Assembly (NCBI RefSeq): GCF_031769215.1
Contig: NW_026781986.1
Location: 310,001 to 374,000, forward strand
Length of the DNA stretch: 64,000 bases
Direction of reading: 5' to 3'
From: Ylistrum balloti
Lineage: Eukaryota
Shown: positions 1-15,500 of the stretch, one piece after another
How positions within the stretch are numbered: position 1 is the stretch's first letter
Layout of the letters: every line of letters begins with the position of its first letter
The notes under the pieces: model-generated
Told to the model about the DNA's origin: nothing
Databases searched by the model: none
The model's input: the letters and a program-made list of their open reading frames with translations, nothing else
Program-made: the position numbers and the translations under genes

Positions 1-403
1 AAGTATGACCGAAAGGTTGAAGTAAAGTTGAAGTGAGGTAAATTTAAGTTATGAATAAGGCAAAGCTTGTCTTCGTCAATGATACCTTCAATATATCTAT
101 TTTCTGGATGTTTTCCATTGACAAAAATCGATTCTCTAAGATCACATATTTTTATGTGGCTCAATGTTCGTGATTTTGTGTTTAAATGCTAGTTTGTGGA
201 CTATTTGTTTCGTGGATAATATAGCTCAATATATTTACCTACACTTATTTAACAATTCGTGGGCAAATGTATTCATGGATCAAGAGTACATACCTCATTA
301 ATGAAAATTTATCTTCCACCAAAATGAATGATTTTACGGTAAATAAACACCTTCTCGATCATAATACATTTTAGTACAGTAACTGTAGTTTATCTCATTT
401 CAG

Positions 404-533
404 GAGCCACAGATTTCGTGGGTTTGAACTTTTACACGTCTAATCTGGCAGAATATTACCTGGACGAGACATATGCACGTGATTATTATTCTGATATGGA
501 TGTCCACTTGTCGAAAGATCCTTCCTGGCTTGG
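404..533 (+). CDS. GH1 domain A exon ([12 protein letters not shown]...DPSWLG)
   Basis: CAG acceptor at 401-403, GT donor at 534; 130 nt, same size and phase as 9405-9534 and 16413-16542. Confidence 0.93.
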
Positions 534-3500
534 GTAATTATATCTAAACCACTCTATGGATGTCCACTTGTCGAAAGATCCTTCCTGGCTTGGGTAATTA
601 TATCTAAACCACTCTATGGATGTCCACTTGTTGAAAGATCCTTCCTGGCTTGGGTAATTATATCTAAACCACTCTATGGATGTCTACTTGTTGAAAGATC
701 CTTCCTGGCTTGGGTTATTATATCTAAACCACTCTATGGATGTCCACTTGTTGAAAGATCATTCCTGACTTATATAAATATACGTATATATTTACACGCT
801 TTTATCTAACACAGAACTAATCGTTTGTGATTATGCGGGTTTGGTATGGTAAACAAGACTATCCGCGATTGTAAACATCGAGATTCGAATACTAGAATTA
901 TGTTTGATTTGTTCATGCTGTTGTAGATCAGACTTGAATATACGGGCATAACCTATTTAGTGTTTTTGTGGTAGTACTACATTCACTTTTTATTTTTTTT
1001 TTAAAATCAGATCCGGATCATCCTGGCTCACGGTCACTCCGTTTGGAATACGTCGCATGCTGAACTGGATCAAGAACCACTATGGTGACGTACCGGTTTA
1101 TGTAACGGAGAATGGAGTCTCCGACAGAAACGGCTCCTTGACTGATGATCATAGAATATTCTACTACAAACACTACATCAATGAAGTCCTGAAAGGTTCG
1201 TATATTTTATCGATTTTGGAATCGTTGAATTTTGAATTTAATTAAATAATGTTATTGAACCTTGAACATTGCTTTTTACTGGGTGGAGGCTGCTTGTTGC
1301 TTTAATATTTGCTTTTAACTATTTGTTTGTGCTTTTCTTTCATAAAGATAAGACAAGTTTGCTTTATAACCACACTTTGCTTTCCATGACTTTGTTTCAA
1401 GGCCAGCTAGAAACACTGGGTGCCAACATTTTAGAAACTAAGAGTTCAAGTGAAATGCATGTAAACACTAAAATGCTCTTTTCTAATTATGAAATCGGTT
1501 CCCTTCAGCCATTCACATAGACAATGTTGACGTGCGCGGTTACACTGCCTGGTCGTTGATGGATAACTTTGAGTGGTCGCGAGGATATGCCGAAAGATTT
1601 GGTCTCCACTACGTCGACTTCACTGACCCGAAACGACCCCGTACGCCTAAAGCTTCAGTCCAGTATTACCGACAGCTCATCCAGGATAACGGATTTTACC
1701 GACTGTTGCCGACTGCTCAAATAGCACCAACCACGCCGAAAAGTATATCAGGGTCAAGATCTTTACATCAAATACCATTACTTATGGTAACTGGACTCTT
1801 CCTAGGACTTAGATTTCTTACGAACACTGTGACAAAACGTGTTAATTATCTATGTATATGATATTTTTTTCACTTGTATGTAATAAAAAGTTTACAATTT
1901 GAAGAGTTTTAGGGAGACAAGCAGGAAAAAAGAAGCAATGCGTCATGTACATTAAGGAAGGCAAGGGGGATATTCTTCTTGAAAGAATAAGAGTTTTATC
2001 CATGTATCTAGTTTTCCTCACGAATGAAGAAAAATAGGAAACGTAAAATTGCAAAGATATACCGGAAGATGAAAACTTTGCTTTTAATAGCATTACTCTA
2101 TTGCATACGTCTCTGATGTATTAAACCAAAATCACGGTATGACCATTTTGCTATGCAAGTCACAAAGTGACAATTTTTTTATCTACCATCAAACCATACA
2201 CCCAATTCAACAATTCTTAAAATACATTTATTAAGATGTTCTTCATGTCTAAATATACAAAAAGTTGTTAGTAGGCATTTTTTTCTTTTTTCTATTATAA
2301 CATGTCTTGATATTATATGCCATTCATCGCTCCGGGTGCAAATAGCTGAATATGGTAAACCTGTATCTTCTGTATTTATCGAGACTGTGTGAATAGTTGA
2401 TATAAATTAGTACAATGTAAATATGTTTTGCGGCTTTATTAAGTAAATATTACAGCAGTATATCAGCATAATATAAACTGTGTTTTAACACTGTCTCCTG
2501 TATGATTTGTTTGTCATGCTTTTGGTGCTCATACCAAAATTATATTCATACCAGAACTTCTTAAGCAATCAGCAGTTTGTTTCTGAGACAGAGATAACTC
2601 CAGAAGTATTATGATTGGTATCATAATAACGTGTAAAGACCATGGCTAACTGAATTATTTAATTCTGAAAACCGTTTCATATATCTTCATTTAAAATGTA
2701 CTTAACCTACAAGTAAATGATAATATCTACCATGTCTGTTTATAGAGAAGCAATCAAGAGAGTGTTGTATTGAAAATTCATGTCAGATCATGATAAATAA
2801 AGAATTGATTGAAACTGGAAACAATTCAACAATTGGTATTTGTAATTTGCATATACTTCCTTATATATCGTTGTGTTTACTTACAGAATATAACTTGGAT
2901 ATGTTTTGATTAATGGAATTAATGGGAAATGGCTGAGCTAAGTCATCTCACACCTGATAGCGCTATTGTATCAAAGAAGAAAAAAGTATAAAAAGCTTGT
3001 GGTAAACCTGCCTGTTTCTTTGTTGCTTATTCCCAGAAATCGCTTTTGATCCTACTGCTGACGTCGTTGCTTAACCTTGCAAGCTTCTAACCTTCTTCAC
3101 AGAAAAGCAGATTTCGCTAACTTGATTTACGCTTCAAAGACACCATATATGTACATACCTTTATTTCAATACTTCACTTGACATCCATAAACCAGATCAA
3201 ATAAACGCAAATCTAGACAGTGACATACTAATTAAAATAATAATCTTAATACCATTCCAAATTTTATCAAAAAACTATATTTAACAAAAAATCCAATTAA
3301 TCACAGATTTCATCTCTGAACTCTTATCTTATTCCTCTGCATTTTGAATCGTTTTAAAACTTGTTAAACTTCGAAACACAAGTCACTCAGTCGTCACAAA
3401 CGCATTATTCTACTCTTGTAACTTTATTGTGATTTGAATTGTCGTACATAAATATACTTGAGAGAATGACTTCCTAATCATATAACTTGAAATGGACTTT

Positions 3501-6500
3501 GATCGTATCTGAAGTAAAATGTATATGACGCGTTACCAAATCTCTCTAATGCAGACGTCCATGTCTTAAACTAAAAATTCGAAACAAGTTCATTTCAAAT
3601 GCAGTAGCTTACTGAAATGTTCCTGTATAAATCTGCTTTTAAAGTTATTCAAGTTTGGAACATTTGTTTGTGGAATATTTGCGTCTATTCAAGCAAAACT
3701 AAGACATACTAAGGTTTTCGGTTTATTATACGACAATTTGTCGTTTAGGGCAAATCAGCACAACAAGATACAAGGAAAAAGAAGCCATCAAAACTTAAAC
3801 TAAACCCTTAAAATTATGTAAACTACACAGCAAATGAACCAGTACGCAGGTAAATAAACAAATATGGGCTATGCAAAGGTTCAAGATAAGTTTTCACTAT
3901 GATTTACAATTTTTCAAATTTTCAATATGATTGAAACTAGCTTAATAAATACATGTAAATTTATGACCTTATATAGAAAAATTCTAATCACGATTTCTGA
4001 ATTTTGATGTAAGAAGCCTTTCATGAATCACTGATTTTTTAACCCTTTAACTAGCTTAGTATATAAAGGTAAACTTATGACCTTAGATTGTTTTTTCCTA
4101 TTCACAATTTCTGAATATTTCGTGTAAGAAGACTTCCATGAATAACCGATTCTTTAACATTTTAATGCTAGTGGTACATTAATTTTACGTCAGAGTGCAG
4201 GAATTTAAATGAAATTTTATAAAATTATAATACTAATATTGCAGCAAAATTGTAGTGAAAGTCATTTTGAACTGAAGTGCAAAAATACAATTTCTTAAAG
4301 AGGAAAAGGTCTCAGTGTAACACACTGATTTCTTTTGACGACCTTTACATGTTATAAACAAGCAGTGAAGCTTTCTTTCTTGAAATGCATTTTTGGATTA
4401 GCCAATGCTTGAGCTCATACACGGCGTGACTTCTCTGTCTACAAACTTTGCTGATTGATCATTTTCAGTTGAAATGACTTGTCATCAGTCGTTTTTTTTC
4501 ACTTTGAAAAAAAAACTGCAGTACAATATATGTTATTCATTCGTTAAATGCTACATCTTCTTGATTAATGACTTTAATGTGCTGTTGTTATATCCTATTT
4601 AGCTGATTACATAGGTTACCAAGTTCAAAGGAATAATTTCATCTTGCTGTTTAGCAAATCCAAGAATGCAAGTTTAAGTCTAGCAAGTTTTCATCAGTAA
4701 GATCATATCAACGAACATCGTTTCTAAAACAGAAACGTAGAGTAGGCTTCTGGTGACTTCATCACATATCTTTTATAAAGATCATAGTGATGTCATTCTT
4801 TCTATACCGGTTTCCTGCAGCCATTAACTTAGACAATATCGATGTACGTGGGTATACTGCCTGGTCTCTGATGGATAACTTTGAGTGGTCGAGAGGATAC
4901 TCGGAGAGATTCGGTCTCCACTACGTCAACTTTACAGACCCAGCGCGAACAAGGACGCCCAAGGCCTCGGTAAGGTTTTACCAAAAATTGATTCAGAACA
5001 ACAGATTCTTCAAAACCACGCCCTCTAAAACTCCTTTGCTGTCAGGCCGTGGTCCCCTCATACAGGAAAATGATTTCATGTACGGAACCTTTCCAAAAGG
5101 ATTTGCATGGAGTGCAGCAACTGCGTCCTACCAGGTCGAAGGCGGCTGGCAGGCAGATGGTAATTTGTGTTCATTTATTTTCACGCTTAATAATAATCAA
5201 ATTCAATTTAACTTTTGAAGATTTATGTAATGTAAATTAACCCAGTCCTAAAATCAGTCATTAATGTCACACATAATTTACATACATACAATCCTAGATC
5301 AGACTTCGTAATAATATTGAAATAATTGCCAACACAGAGAACCTGTAAATATATTACGACATTATGTTTTATTTCAGTATTGTTCTTTTCTATTGGCCCA
5401 ACTTTGACCTTGCATTATAATATACGAGTTTTCAAAAATACACACATCTGTAACGCTATGCGAAATTGATTTGTTTGGTGATAAGGTATCAGACACAATG
5501 CTATACCCTATCGTCGTCAAGAAAGAAATAATATTCATGACATTTGTGATTTAGTTTTGAGATCAATATCTTTTTTATTATCTTGTTGCTTTAAACGTTT
5601 TAATGATACTGAAGGAAATAGTATATTTCATACAAATTTAGAATAAGATACAGCAAAAATAAACAATAAATAAACCTGCAACACACAGCTCTTATGTTTC
5701 GCCCTTCTTGAATTAGTCGGTAATGTTAAGTGTCTAAATCTTAAAACCAGCTAGTAGGCGACTGAAGAAAACCCAAAGTGAACAAACGAAATGTCAAAGT
5801 CTAGATAGGGAAGTGCGCTGGCCCCATCATTGAATTAATTTTGTTCTTTTTACATATTTGATATTAAAAAAAACAAAGTGCGTTCATGTTTAATAAATTA
5901 TCATATTTGAGTATCTGTAATTTGTCAAAATTGACATTTGTTACCTGATCAAATCAAGGATTAAATGTTTAAATCTTGAAAAATCATTATGACAAAAACA
6001 TTTTCCAAGAGCTATTTTTGTTTACATCCAAATGATACAATGCCGATTTATTGGTAAAATCACGATTAAAAAGACCTCTTTAAAGAACTTCTTGCGTTGA
6101 GTTAATGTGCTTTGTATTGGATAAACCAGTGATAACAATTTATCACAATTTCTCTAGGTAAAGGTCCTAGTATCTGGGATACGTTCTCTCACCAAGGTCA
6201 CGTGGACAATAATGACACGGGTGACGTAGCCTGTGACAGTTACCATAAATACTTGGATGATGTTCAGCTTCTCAAGAACATGAAGGTATATTTTTCTATA
6301 TTTTATCATTTTTTGTAATTACAATCAGGAGTATCCCGTAATACATAACCTCCCTGAAGGACAATTTAGCTTATACCATGTTATTAAGTTTTCCTTTCAA
6401 CGACTCCTTTCTCAATGAAGGCACTAGAAACTGATATTGGGATCTTTAACATGCTTAGATAAAGGATTGCCAAGTTTTTAAATATGAGTGACCGTTACCT

Positions 6501-9500
6501 ATTCTCAAGATCACGTGGGTCAAATGCGTTTAAATTTTCAAACGACTTTTCAATAAACAAACGTTTCAGGGTACCGATATTGTGCTTGTAGAATGCGGTG
6601 GTGAAGGCTTGTCAAGTTAGTGTAAATAAATAACCTTGACATTTTTTAACAAGCGATACAAAAAAATATCAAACAAAAAAAATATTTCTCAATAACCAAA
6701 AGGTTTAGGGTACTGCTGTTGGGTATGTTAAATGCTGGAATGAAGTAGATCAGTCATTCTTTTAAATAACCAATAAGCCCTGGTTATGCGTAAAAAGCAT
6801 GCTGTGAATATATTTATCAAGTTTGCAATAAATTGACTTTACAAACTATTTTTTTTCTAAGCTTCAGATCATGTGAGCGATTCAGGCTTATTGCTAGTCT
6901 ACTTTGGCGATAACCGTTTATTATCGAAGAGAGCAAATTAATGTAGTTATAGTGCGCAATAAGTGTCTGGTTGCTCTTGCGTGACCAAAAGAAATCACTC
7001 GTGTTAAAAACAATGAAATAGCCCTACTTTGACGCTAAAAATCAATTATATTTCATGTGTTTTAAATACCAATAACTGAAAACATCAATGCTTAATTATT
7101 GATTTCACGATCAATTGACAATTAACAATTTACTCGTCTCTGATATCCTACTTTACTACTTCCTTTTAGCGTTTAAAAAATGCAGTATCCAATGAACATC
7201 ACATTTACACGTATCCATATCTTATTAATAACTACATGAATTTAATATTTTTAAAATCTTAATTTATGACAAAAATGGTGAGTCAATATGATTTAAACAA
7301 ATATTTACATTTTAAAATTTTAATATATGGAACGGATACTTCCCTGTTCCTGTCTAGTCCCGCTAATACCAAATCACCTGGATTGTTTACAATATTTTAG
7401 GTATTTCATATATTTTTAAGTTGATGACAAAGATATGATTTTTGTTAAATACAGGTGACACATTATCGTTTCTCCCTGTCATGGCCCCGAATATTACCTG
7501 ACGGAACAACAAATATTATAAACCAAGCGGGGCTGGATTACTATGACAAGCTTATTAACGCCCTAGTAGAAGCTGGAATAACACCGATGGTAACACTCTA
7601 CCACTGGGACCTGCCCCAGGCTCTACAGAACAGAGGTGGAGGCTGGTTAAATGCCTCCATAGCTGACGTTTTTGCCGACTACGCCAAATTTGTTTTCGAG
7701 AAGTTTGGAAACAGAGTAATTACAAAATAAATTACAACTTTGTATAAATTTTTTGAAAGAAAGAGATTTATATATTTATATATATAGAATTTGTTTGTCT
7801 GTTTTCAATAACCCTTAGACCCTTAGTATAATTGAAGAGTTATAGGACAAATCAGCGCTATGATGCAGTTTAATTTAATAGTTTGGCTCTTTTGTATCTT
7901 GAAATGTGATATTCACTTGAGAGTCTTGTGTACTATTTTCTTACGATCCCAGAACTAAAACAGGTTCCTTACTTCAAAATAATACTAAATTTTGTTAAGG
8001 ATGACATTTGTTGAGGCCATATTTTGTACGAACTAAAAAAATCTAAATGAAAGTAAACGTCCATACTTGTATTTCATACCTGAGAAAAACAACAATAAAT
8101 ATTGACATATAATGTTTATTTCTATTCGCATAACAATTAGGTGAAAACATGGATCACACTTAATGAGCCATGGGTGGTGGCTATGAAGGGATATGGGGAC
8201 GGAAGCATGGCACCTGGGATTGCAAGCCCCGGGAACAGCGTTTACATAGCTGCCCATAACCTCATTCGGGCTCATGGAAAGGCATATCGTGTCTATCAAA
8301 AGGAGTTCAGCCAAGTTCAAAATGGTACAGAAATGAAAACTTTTCTTAAATTGTGATTTTCGATTTTAAAATTTTGAAATGTCAAACTTTTCCTATGCGA
8401 CTGTTTTCTGATAAATTACAGGTTGACAAGGCTACTGCTTCGTAAATTTAATAATATGTCACATATTTCATATTTCTTATTTTTAAGGAAGCGTGGGTAT
8501 TACATGTAACTGTCACTGGACTGTCCCCAAGTCGGAGGGTAGTCGTTTGGACAAAGCGGCCGCCGAGCGCGCGCTCCAATTCCAACTAGGCTGGTTCGGG
8601 CATCCTATTCTCGTCAATGGCGATTACCCGGATGTCATGAAAAGGCAGATTGCTAACAAAAGTGAAGCACAGAATCTTCCAAATAGCAGACTCCCACAAT
8701 TTACATCAGAAGAGAAGCAATATTTAAACGGTAGGAAACGTCAAAAAATCATCAAAAAAAATAATAATAATTGTCGCGTGAATTTAACACATAGTCCTTG
8801 TGAACTTAATTTGATAAATCATGAAACAATTTCGTTATTCAAATTCAATGTTCTGCAGTGTCTGAAGTGTAGCATCACATATAATACAGGATTGAAACTA
8901 TAAAAAAATTAAAAATCTACAAACGCTTTCTGTCACTCGGAACATGTCAGCTGCTAAAAAAGTTTATATTTTATCCCGCTGGTAAATTGGTCGTATTAAA
9001 ACTGGTTTTATAATGGCAAATATAACATTTTAAACGAAAAATTGAAAAGATTTAGCATTAGATATGAAATACGCTGTTCAAGTTTGCTATATTTGTGACT
9101 GAGTGGAAAGACGCAGTCATGAATCCAATTTAAATCACTATTGAATGTGTTATGCCATATCATTGTTCTTTGAAGACGTAATGACACAATTATACAGATA
9201 TTGTTTGTATGTTGTGACATAATCAGATAGATGAAAAGGAAATTCAGAATAAGATATAATTTGTTTTACCCCACTGAACCAGTAATTAAACTTTCTGTTC
9301 GTTCTTGGGGACAAAGAATGAATATTGTTAATATGGCTGTTTACAATATTCACAACACATTTTATGAAAGATAAATTATTCACGTGTTGTTGATCAACTT
9401 TCAGGCTCTGCTGATTTCATTGGACTTAATTTCTACACTTCTGACGTCATACAGCATTATGAAGACCCAGACTTACCATTGGATTATTACTCAGACATAG

Positions 9501-12500
9501 ATGTCAAAATCTCCAAAGACCCTTCTTGGCTCGGGTATCGTTTTTACTTATGTTTTATAGTCATAATATCAATAAGGTTGTTGAAATTTCGCATTCGTCA
9601 TAATTAAACACAACGGCATAAACGAAAGGAAGCATTGATAAAGCGAAAGGGTTCGATTGGAAAGCCAGCAATAACATTTTAACAAAATGAAAACAATCTG
9701 AGCAGCCTAGTGTATCAGTGACTCAATATATAATTTTGTCTCACCTTTGAATGAAGGAAGAAAGACATATTGGTTTAGTAATGTCTTTTTTCTTTGGCTT
9801 ATTCTTCTTCTTCTAGTACTTTTTTGTCAGGTAATAATTTTAAACCGTAAAAGATATCGTAATAGAAGTTCTTTACTTCTATTACCGAAAACCTGATGTG
9901 CAGTGCATTGCCGTTAGGTTACTATGACCTTGATCTCAATGTCAGATACTAGATAATTTATTCTAGTCATGTCCTAACAATGAACCCTGTCGAACTCCAG
10001 CAGAAGTGTTATTGTCTTTTCTTACAGTACTTAACAGTACAAGAAACATTTATTAGTTGCGATCTTTCAAAATATACATTTGTATTGTTTCACATTAGCC
10101 AATACTCTCTTAATTTGAAAATAAAATACATGAATATTCATTAAGACAGGCTAAATTAACACACTCGATAATATGTGAATGGGATATACATTTGATATTT
10201 TGATATTATCAGCCAGTTCTGATAATGAATCGTATTGTAATTATGTGTGAAATAATTGCTGTATCTAGTAGGTTTACTTGTTTTAGCTACCAACACTTAC
10301 CAATATTTTCAACAATAAGATAATGTCGAAAAAAAATGATTGAGAACAGTTTTTTTCTAGCAAACACATTATACTACAAAACAGCAAATATATTCGCTAC
10401 AAAGGAGATATCTATGTTCGAGACGTTTCATCAATACAGGCCTTAAGTTTCCATGGTGTAAAACACGGCAGTAGACGTGGAGTAGGAGACGCTTACAGTT
10501 CTGGAACATCTGGTCATGTACTGTTTACTTTGTAATAATTTTGTTTTCGCCATATCCTAGTTTTATTCTTAATAACGTTTTACACGTGGCAAACAGGAAA
10601 CGGTTGGTCTAAGTGTTTAGAAATCCGTCAGTGAAGTGTACCATCACACTAACTTTATCATTTTGTTTCGCGAAGACAAGCTGTTGTTAAAATCGATCAG
10701 TTTTTATGAACAGGATTAAAGGGCCTGAGGGTCTAACTATGGGGGAAAACTAGGGCACATGTGAAAAACCCACGTGCTCGGACGTACAGCCCGATTGAAG
10801 TTTTTTTTCTTTTCACGGCCGATTAGCGAATCAAACTTTAGTTACCGAAGTGAACGAGTGCGTTACCCTGGCGACCATTCGACAACCTGAACAAGATTGT
10901 GTCCGGAATGCATGGCTTTAATGTTTTTCTTTCTTTTCAGATCTGGATCTGATTGGTTGAAAGTGACCCCTACTGGGATACGCCGTATGCTGACATGGAT
11001 GAAGGACCATTATAAGGATGCCCCTATCTACATTACAGAAAACGGGGTGTCCGACAGGAATGGCTCGCTGCTAGACGAACATAGAATAAACTATTACAAA
11101 CATTACATCAACGAAGTCCTAAAAGGTAGCAATTCATCTTTGTAAATAGTCGTTTTATACCGAGTCAAAGTATATTTTTTTTCATATCGGGTTTCTCAAA
11201 GAGGTCACGTACTGGTGATAAGAACCGAATTTAATATAATACATTTATGCCGTTTTGAATAAAATATTTTATCGTTGTTTCCATTGCACAGCAAGAACCA
11301 GCAACAGCAAAATGAATATCGAAAAAGAAAAATGCCGTAAGATCAAATTGACTTATATTTTTACCATAGATGTGTACATCTTAAAGTATTAAAAACATTG
11401 AGATTCCAATGTTTGCACCGCTAGGAGGTACTCCTGTTGATATATGCTATTTCGTTCTTTCATATTGTCCCGAAATAAATGATATTTCAGCAATTCACCT
11501 GGATAACGTGAATGTACTAGGCTACACTGCCTGGTCGTTGATGGATAATTTTGAATGGTCGCGAGGATACGCGGAGAGATTTGGTCTCCATTACGTGGAC
11601 TTTTCCGACCCAAAACGACCTAGGACACCTAAAGCCTCGGCCCAGTACTATCGGCAGCTCATTGAAAACAATGGATTCCAGGAGCTTCAATCGAAACCTG
11701 CACCTCAGACAGAAGGAAGTGAATTCTTCTATGGAACTTTCCCGGAAAATTTTGCATGGAGTGCTGCGACTGCAGCGTACCAGGTAGAAGGTGGCTGGAA
11801 GGAAGACGGTACGTATCAGTATTGTCAACATCTGAATAGCCCATCAACACAGAAAGTGTTAAAAGGACCAATACAAGATACCATGTTGAAAAGGAAACAG
11901 CAAGAAACAAATTGTGATGTAAAAAATGATCTCTAAACATCAACTGAAAACTAACGTTAAAAAATATAATCACACACATAATTAAAACGAAAAGTTTCTG
12001 CACCTTTTCCTGTCGTATGGAAAATGGCTAACTGCTCTCGTATATTTAGAATCATGTGTACATCAACGTTTTCAAATAGAGGGTTTATATTTGTAGTGCA
12101 TTACCAAAATACCAAGCGCATACATACATTCTAATAGAACAAGGTTTTAAAATAAACTGCAGATGGTATGTTATGTTCCAAGGCCGGGTCATCGTGCTTT
12201 GATATAAAGGAATATACAATGTATGTATTTATTTGCACCTTTATGACATTGAAACCACTGGCAGACTTTTGGTATTAGAGAATGTATTCTTTGTTAACAT
12301 AGTTGTTGGACTCGATCCTATATATGTAGTCTGTCTAAAATCATTGATTACAAGCCGATTTAATGACTCAAGCTGTTTGGTTATGTGATGATTTGGTCAT
12401 CGGAGATGTTCTGTGGTAGAACAAATATGGAATCGGAGCTTAAATACATACATTACATCTATCGATGTGTTCGAGCGTAATCACGAGGTCCCCCTTACGA

Positions 12501-15500
12501 GAATTTACGTGTCTTACGACAGATGGTATCAAATAGCTGCATTTTAACAATCATAGCTGAGGCTACCATGCGACCATATTTATAACTTCTGTATAGAATG
12601 ACTTAAAGTCATTATATTTAAAGTGCAGCTTCGTAAAGGAAGAAGTAAAACATGGATAATCAGTGATATAATTACTGGGTTTATGAACGGTATTGATTTG
12701 ATCGTATATTTATATTAGTTTGCCTGTTGAATCCGTATTGCAGACATTATTCTCATTTAAGAAAGTGACATTACCTAGTTGAATTTGCCAAGATTCTACA
12801 TGGCGGGTGTCGTCCATAAAGGAGATACCGCTTACTCTTCTAGAACACCTGGTCTTATTCTCCTTGATTTATTTATCAGATTTTTTTTTCGTTCATATTT
12901 TCCCTTACTTTTTATTGAATTTTATTTTGGCTTATGAATATATTAACATGTTGTTATTTTCTTGTCTTTTTTGTTACATTTTTGTTTTGTTTTTTTTTTA
13001 ATAAAGACAAATGTTGTTTTATTGTCACATTGTATTAAAGTGCATAAACTAGGAAATAATTCTTAATGATCAATCTTAAATCGATTTATTCCCCTTCGAT
13101 TTTTGTTAAAAATTTGGACAAGATTTGAAAACAATCATTATTTGTATGGAATCAAATAGAAATCGTCGTGTTAGTATATCTGTATTAACATTATTTAAGT
13201 TTCCTTCTACGGACCCCACTATGAATTACCTACAATTTGAAGGTTTAAAGCGTTATGACGAAAGACAAGTAACGAATATCGAAATACTGGATTATCCGAT
13301 GGTTTGACCGATCGTTGCATCCTTACTCCAACGACTTACTAAATTCTTAAATTGTATCTTAACCTACCACAGGAAAAGGGCCGAGCATTTGGGACACGTT
13401 CTCTCATCATGATCACGTGGACAATAATGATACTGGCGATGTTGCTTGTGACAGCTACCATAAATACCTTGAAGATGTCCAGCTTCTCAAAGATATGAAA
13501 GTAAAGTCTCGGACTAATATCGAGTTTTTGTTAATGTTGCAAATTTGTTTTCCATGCAAATTTTTCTTCTCAATACTGGTATTTCCTATTGAATACAAAT
13601 TGTTAGATACATTGAAACGAAGCGCTCCCGCTTTTTGTTGTCATTTCAACATTTGCCATTGAATAACATCTTAAAATCATTCAATTAAGACTATTCCACA
13701 CAGTTTCATACACTTTTTAATGAACAAAAAAATATCAGCATACTTCACGGTTTTTAATTAAAAGTCTCAGAGGATCATTTCAATAAATAGTGAACTTATG
13801 GGTAGTGTTCGAATTATTATTAAAATAAATCCTACAGGTAACACACTATCGCTTCTCCCTGTCATGGCCCCGGATATTGCCAGATGGCACTACTCGTCAC
13901 GTGAACCAAGCAGGTATAAATTACTATGACCAGCTGATTGACGCCTTAATTGACGCTGGAATCACACCAATGGTCACGCTCTACCACTGGGACCTACCTC
14001 AGGCTCTACAGAACCAAGGTGGAGGCTGGCTGAACGCTTCAATAGCCGATGTTTTCGCCGATTACGCCAGACTAGCTTTCCAGAAGTTTGGAGACAGGGT
14101 AAATTCTCAGATAATCAAAAGTTCTTTTTATGGCCCAATATGGCGGTCGAGGCATATATTGTTATCAATGTCAATCATTTGTCATGATTTCAATTTCGTT
14201 TCCGGTAATTGAATTATTAATTGTTTTATTTACGTTTAACGATGATAGATTTAAGAACGTTGATTTCTATGCTACATAAATGACCAATATTGTGGAGCCT
14301 TGCCTAACTCCCGTTGAATGTAAAAAATAAGACAAAAATCTGTAGACGGAACTTCAATTGCATTTTGAAAAACCATGATGACACAAATAACACATACAAC
14401 ATCTCCCTGATTGTTGTCGGAGGCATTCGTGTCGGACACCTCTAGTCTTTTCATAGCATTGAAGAAAACAGAAATGAGAAATATGATAAAATACTAAAAT
14501 GGCAAATGTTTTATTGTAGAATTGTAGGGTGATAATCTTTTTGCAAAAATGCTTTGATATTGGTTGGGAAGATGGAGCGATATATTTACTATTAATCACT
14601 ACGGCGCTTGGATTCAATTACCGTTGATCCCTGTACTTCGATGCACAGTCAAGTCATTTATAAAGTTGTTCGTAGAACGGCGGAAATAAAACAGAACTAG
14701 ATTGTTTATCAAGGAACTGTTTACTATAAATATATGTAAATGGTAAAAGAAGCTACAATGAGCTTTAGATGCACTATTTTCATATTCTGACAGCTTCCAA
14801 TTATTATGAAACTAAAACATTAAAATAGTTTTTCACTTCCTGGTCCTTGCTTCATTAAAAAAAAACTTTACAAGCCAGTTATCGGAGATGAAGCGGAAGA
14901 CGCTCAAACGTCCTGAAGATCTGGCCTTATTATTATTACTATGGATGTTTTGTAAGTTATTGAGACGTCCGGTAAATATATTGTTGGTCTTGGAAAAAAT
15001 TATTTTTTTTTACATTGTGATGGAAAAACCAAGTAAACATGCACGAAATTTATACTCGTGAACATGCCCAACCCAGTACAACTGCGAAATGTTAGCCCCG
15101 CGAAATGTTTGCCCCGCGAAATTTGACAACTTATATAAAGTCTGATGTTTATTCACAAGTTGTAATGATCTCTATATTGTCAATGAACTTGAAAATGAGT
15201 CTCATTCGCCGCACCAATATAGAACAGATCTCTTCAGCTAAAGCAATAATTGAAAGAGAGCTTTGGAATATTTTAGGTAAAGACGTGGATCACCCTAAAC
15301 GAGCCATGGGTGGTTTCTGTCCAAGGGTATGGACAGGGTATCAAAGCCCCGGGACTTGTCAGCCCCGGAGACGGGGTATACGTCGCCGCTCACAATCTCA
15401 TTAGGGCCCATGGGAAAGCCTACAGGGTGTATGAAAAAGAGTTTAAGCAGATCCAGCATGGTAAGCAATCCAATTTCTTATAAACATTCCTGAAAATACC

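Noticed and set aside
3037-3090. Hydrophobic mini-exon [17 protein letters not shown] after a cccag acceptor
   Set aside because: Phase 0 and no convincing partner donor; short hydrophobic frames arise easily in T-rich DNA.
5762-5795. CTGAAGA...GAAATGTC as a hammerhead
   Set aside because: The intervening sequence cannot form stem II.
14884-14913. GAGATGA-AGCG-GAAGA-CGCT-CAAACGTC as a hammerhead
   Set aside because: Both halves of the catalytic core are mutated; at most a dead relic.
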